A DNA stretch of 64,000 nt. Source: the human T2T-CHM13v2.0 reference genome, Homo sapiens. The position numbers and the translations under genes are program-made. How positions within the stretch are numbered: the first letter of the stretch is position 1; each line of letters opens with the position of its first letter. Of the stretch, positions 60,960 through 64,000 are shown in pieces. The notes beneath the pieces were generated by a model. That model saw only the letters and a program-made list of their open reading frames with translations, had not been told where the DNA came from and did no database searches. Location of the stretch: NCBI RefSeq assembly GCF_009914755.1, contig NC_060929.1, one strand, 5' to 3'.

Positions 60960-61500
60960 TCTCCTTTCAATAAACCTATGATCCCAGTTTAATAATGAGA
61001 AAAACATCAGGCAAACTAAAACTGAGGGACATTCCACAAAATATGTCACCAGTACTCCTCCAAACTGCTAAAATTGTGAAAAACAAGACAAAATAAATAA
61101 ATAAATAAATAAAAATAAAAAATAAAAAAGCTGTCACAGTTCAGAGGAAGGAAAGAAAACATAATGACTAAATATAGTATGGTAACCTGGTTCGAATCCT
61201 GGTACAGAGAAAAAGGATATTAGTGGGGAAATTGACAGACTCTCAATAAACCCTGGAGTTTAGCTGATAGTAAGTTTTTAAAGTGTTTGATAGGGAGCCG
61301 CAGTGGCTCAGGCCTGTTGTCTTGGGACATAAGGAGGAGAGGCTAGGCGTTTGAGGCCAGCCTGGGCAATATAGAAACCTCTCATCTATATAACCAAAAG
61401 TTTTTGATAAATATATTATGGGTATGGTGAGGGTTATATGGGAACAATCTTATTCTTTCTTTTAAACACATCTAAAATGATTCCAAAAGAAATGACTTAT
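60960..61500 (+). mobile_element. L1MC-type 3' fragment
   Basis: taataatgagaaaaacatcaggcaaac...tgagggacattccacaaaata...ccagtactcctc. Confidence 0.75.
61293..61396 (+). mobile_element. Internally deleted FLAM-like monomer
   Basis: gcagtggctcaggcctgt...gaggccagcctgggcaatatag; TSD aaagt(g/t)tttgata at 61280-61292 and 61397-61409. Confidence 0.7.
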
Positions 61501-61529
61501 TTTTTTAAATGCAAGCTATAGGATAGACT

Positions 61530-62330
61530 TGAGAAATTTAATTTAGATTGGACAGTTTCAGACAGCTTTTTTGTGAGAAGTTTGAGCTGCAAATAGAAAT
61601 ACAAATCCAGCCAATCCTACCAGTAGTGGGGGATGAAGTCTCCTGGGCAGAACACATGGCCAGTGAACAGGTACTGTGAGTGAAATATGCTTGCAGTATT
61701 GGAGAGGATGAAAAAAACTCAGAGTGACAGAAGACAAGTAGGTGAGACGGAGCCTGGCATAAAATTAAACTGAGCAGCAGGCTTCAAACAGGCCACATAA
61801 AAAATTAGAATTAAAAAGAAAGAAAGAAAGAAAGACATTGCTATAGCACTTCCTATGTGCCAAAACTATTTTAAGCATTTTTCACACACTAGCACTTTTC
61901 ATTCTTGCCACAACTATATATGGTGTGTACTCTTATTATCTTCCATTTCTCTGGTAGAAAAACTGGTTCAGAGAGTTAGTCACTTGTCTGAAGTCATTCC
62001 ATTACTAAAAGGCAGAGCTGTGGCCATCTGGCTCCACAGTTTGCATTTATCCACTACACCCTTGCCCTGAATATAATGGAAGCCATGCTGACTCATTCTT
62101 CCTTAAAAGACTGACCTATCAATTCAGAGGAGAGATGATGGTGATTGGGGTGAGATGGAGAGAAGCAGATGGGCTCGAGGAAACTTCCAGGTAAAATCAA
62201 ATGCAACTGATGATATATTAGAGGCAGGTAATGAGAGAGAAGACCATATCAAGAATGACCACCCAACTTCTGGCTTGATTGGGTATTTACTAAAGTAGGA
62301 AATGGCAAAAGAAGATGTTTGCTGAGGGAC
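61530..62330 (-). mobile_element. L2 fragments flanking a MIR
   Basis: tttgagctg; tgggcagaacacatggccagtg; agagatgatggtg...atggagagaagcagatgg; atcaagaatgac. Confidence 0.6.
61835..62065 (-). mobile_element. MIR
   Basis: agcacttcctatgtgcca...aaactggttcagagagttagtcacttgtctgaagtca...ggcagagctg. Confidence 0.8.
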
Positions 62331-62334
62331 ATTA

Positions 62335-63015
62335 TGTTGGCAGTGGCAAATCCATATGGGTCTGCAGCAACCTCAATTCTTGACTCTCAGAGGAAAGAAT
62401 TTGACCAAGGGGGCATAAAGCAGAGGGGGAGACTGGAACAAGTTTTAGAGTAGGAATGAAAGTTTATTAACAAGTTTTAGAGTAGGAATGAAAGGAAGTA
62501 AAGCACACTTGGATGAGGGCCAAGCAGGCAACTTGAGAGAATCAAGTGCCTGGTTTGACCTTTGACTTGGGGTTTTATACACTGGCATTCTGCATGTGTG
62601 GTGGCATGCCAGCACTTAGGAGAGGCTGCATGTGCATTGTGTTTACTGAAGTTACCTGTATGCTCACTTGAGGTGTTCTCCCCTTACCAGTTGAGCATTC
62701 CTAGAGGAAGTTCACATACCAGTCAAACTCCACCATCTTGCCTCTTAGTGTACATGCTTGAGTCTGCTTGCCCAAATTCTGAGATCTTATCATCTTATCA
62801 AGAAGCTACTGATCATCAGTTTCAGGTGTTTTCTAGTGGGAGACTGCCTTTCTGTTGCACAGGTTGCAACCAATTATTATTTTGGAGAGAAAGTTTAACC
62901 AACCACCTGACCATCGCCTGATGGTCACCTGACATTCCTTGAAGCAGGGTGGGGAGTTGGGGGGGCTCTCTCTTGCCCAATAAAACTTATATTTGACAAC
63001 CTACCTATTCTAACA
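62335..63015 (-). mobile_element. MER50 (ERV1) solo LTR
   Basis: TG...CA ends; gggtctgcagcaacctcaattcttg...ggaatgaaaggaagtaaagcacacttgg; perfect 4-bp TSD atta at 62331-62334 and 63016-63019. Confidence 0.9.
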
Positions 63016-63499
63016 ATTACAGATTTCTTTTCCATTAAGTTTGAGATGCTAAAGAAACATCAAGATAGATGTGTCTCAAGCCCAAGTATTGGATCATTTT
63101 CACCCTACTTTCCCAACAGGAAGTAGAAGTAGGTGAGAAGTGTTGTCTGACTGCCCAGAGGATGGGAAGGCAGCCACAGTCCCATGGACAGGTGCTCAGA
63201 CTGCTCTCCAGGTCACCACAAGTCACTGTCTCTGGTAGCTCCTCAGGTGTATTCTCTGAGAGCTCTGTCTATAGTGGATATAGTGAATTCTTTGCCTTGA
63301 GGCTGGGTTGCTTTTTCTCTCTGACTAGGTCACATCTCCCTTATTGTTTGGGATGCAGTTCCTCATGAATACATTGCAAGTATGTTGATTTATGCATGAG
63401 GTCCTCCTGTGCCCTATTTAGGAAAGAGCATCCCTTTCTTGGATGTAGGAGTAGAGAGAGGTTCCATATACATAAGAATTTTCCAGACAAACAGAACCA

Positions 63500-64000
<501 letters not shown>

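Noticed and set aside
61189-61199. Perfect Pol III B-box GGTTCGAATCC suggesting a tRNA
   Set aside because: It sits inside an L1MC 3' fragment, with no cloverleaf or properly spaced A-box.
62440-62492. Direct repeat aacaagttttagagtaggaatgaaag x2
   Set aside because: A similar internal duplication is part of the recalled MER50 consensus.

Overview
AT-rich, repeat-dense human genomic DNA, intergenic or from a large intron. The species call rests on an L1HS-Ta element at 44535-45176. I find no intact protein-coding gene, RNA gene or CRISPR array, and almost all ORF-track entries are L1, Alu or LTR fragments. Contents: a full-length dead L1PA7-type LINE-1, a near-full-length L1PA15/16, a 5'-inverted L1PA, about a dozen Alus plus FAM/FLAM monomers, a complete MLT1A MaLR provirus, many solo LTRs (THE1D, MST, MLT1, MLT2, LTR16, MER50), Tigger1, MER5A, L2, MIR and HAL1 remnants. 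Best second-look items: (1) a young L1HS Ta-1 insertion with a 16-nt 3' transduction and a palindromic 5' junction; (2) a 91-nt pre-miRNA-like hairpin at 11069-11159; (3) template-switch or fold-back scars at 2253, 16304, 27314 and 34659; (4) candidate unannotated exons and a 3'-UTR-like end in the repeat-free stretch 26.1-31.3 kb. I see no evidence for a new multi-gene system. Repeat subfamily names come from recalled consensus sequences, not from a search, and boundaries of old repeats are approximate.
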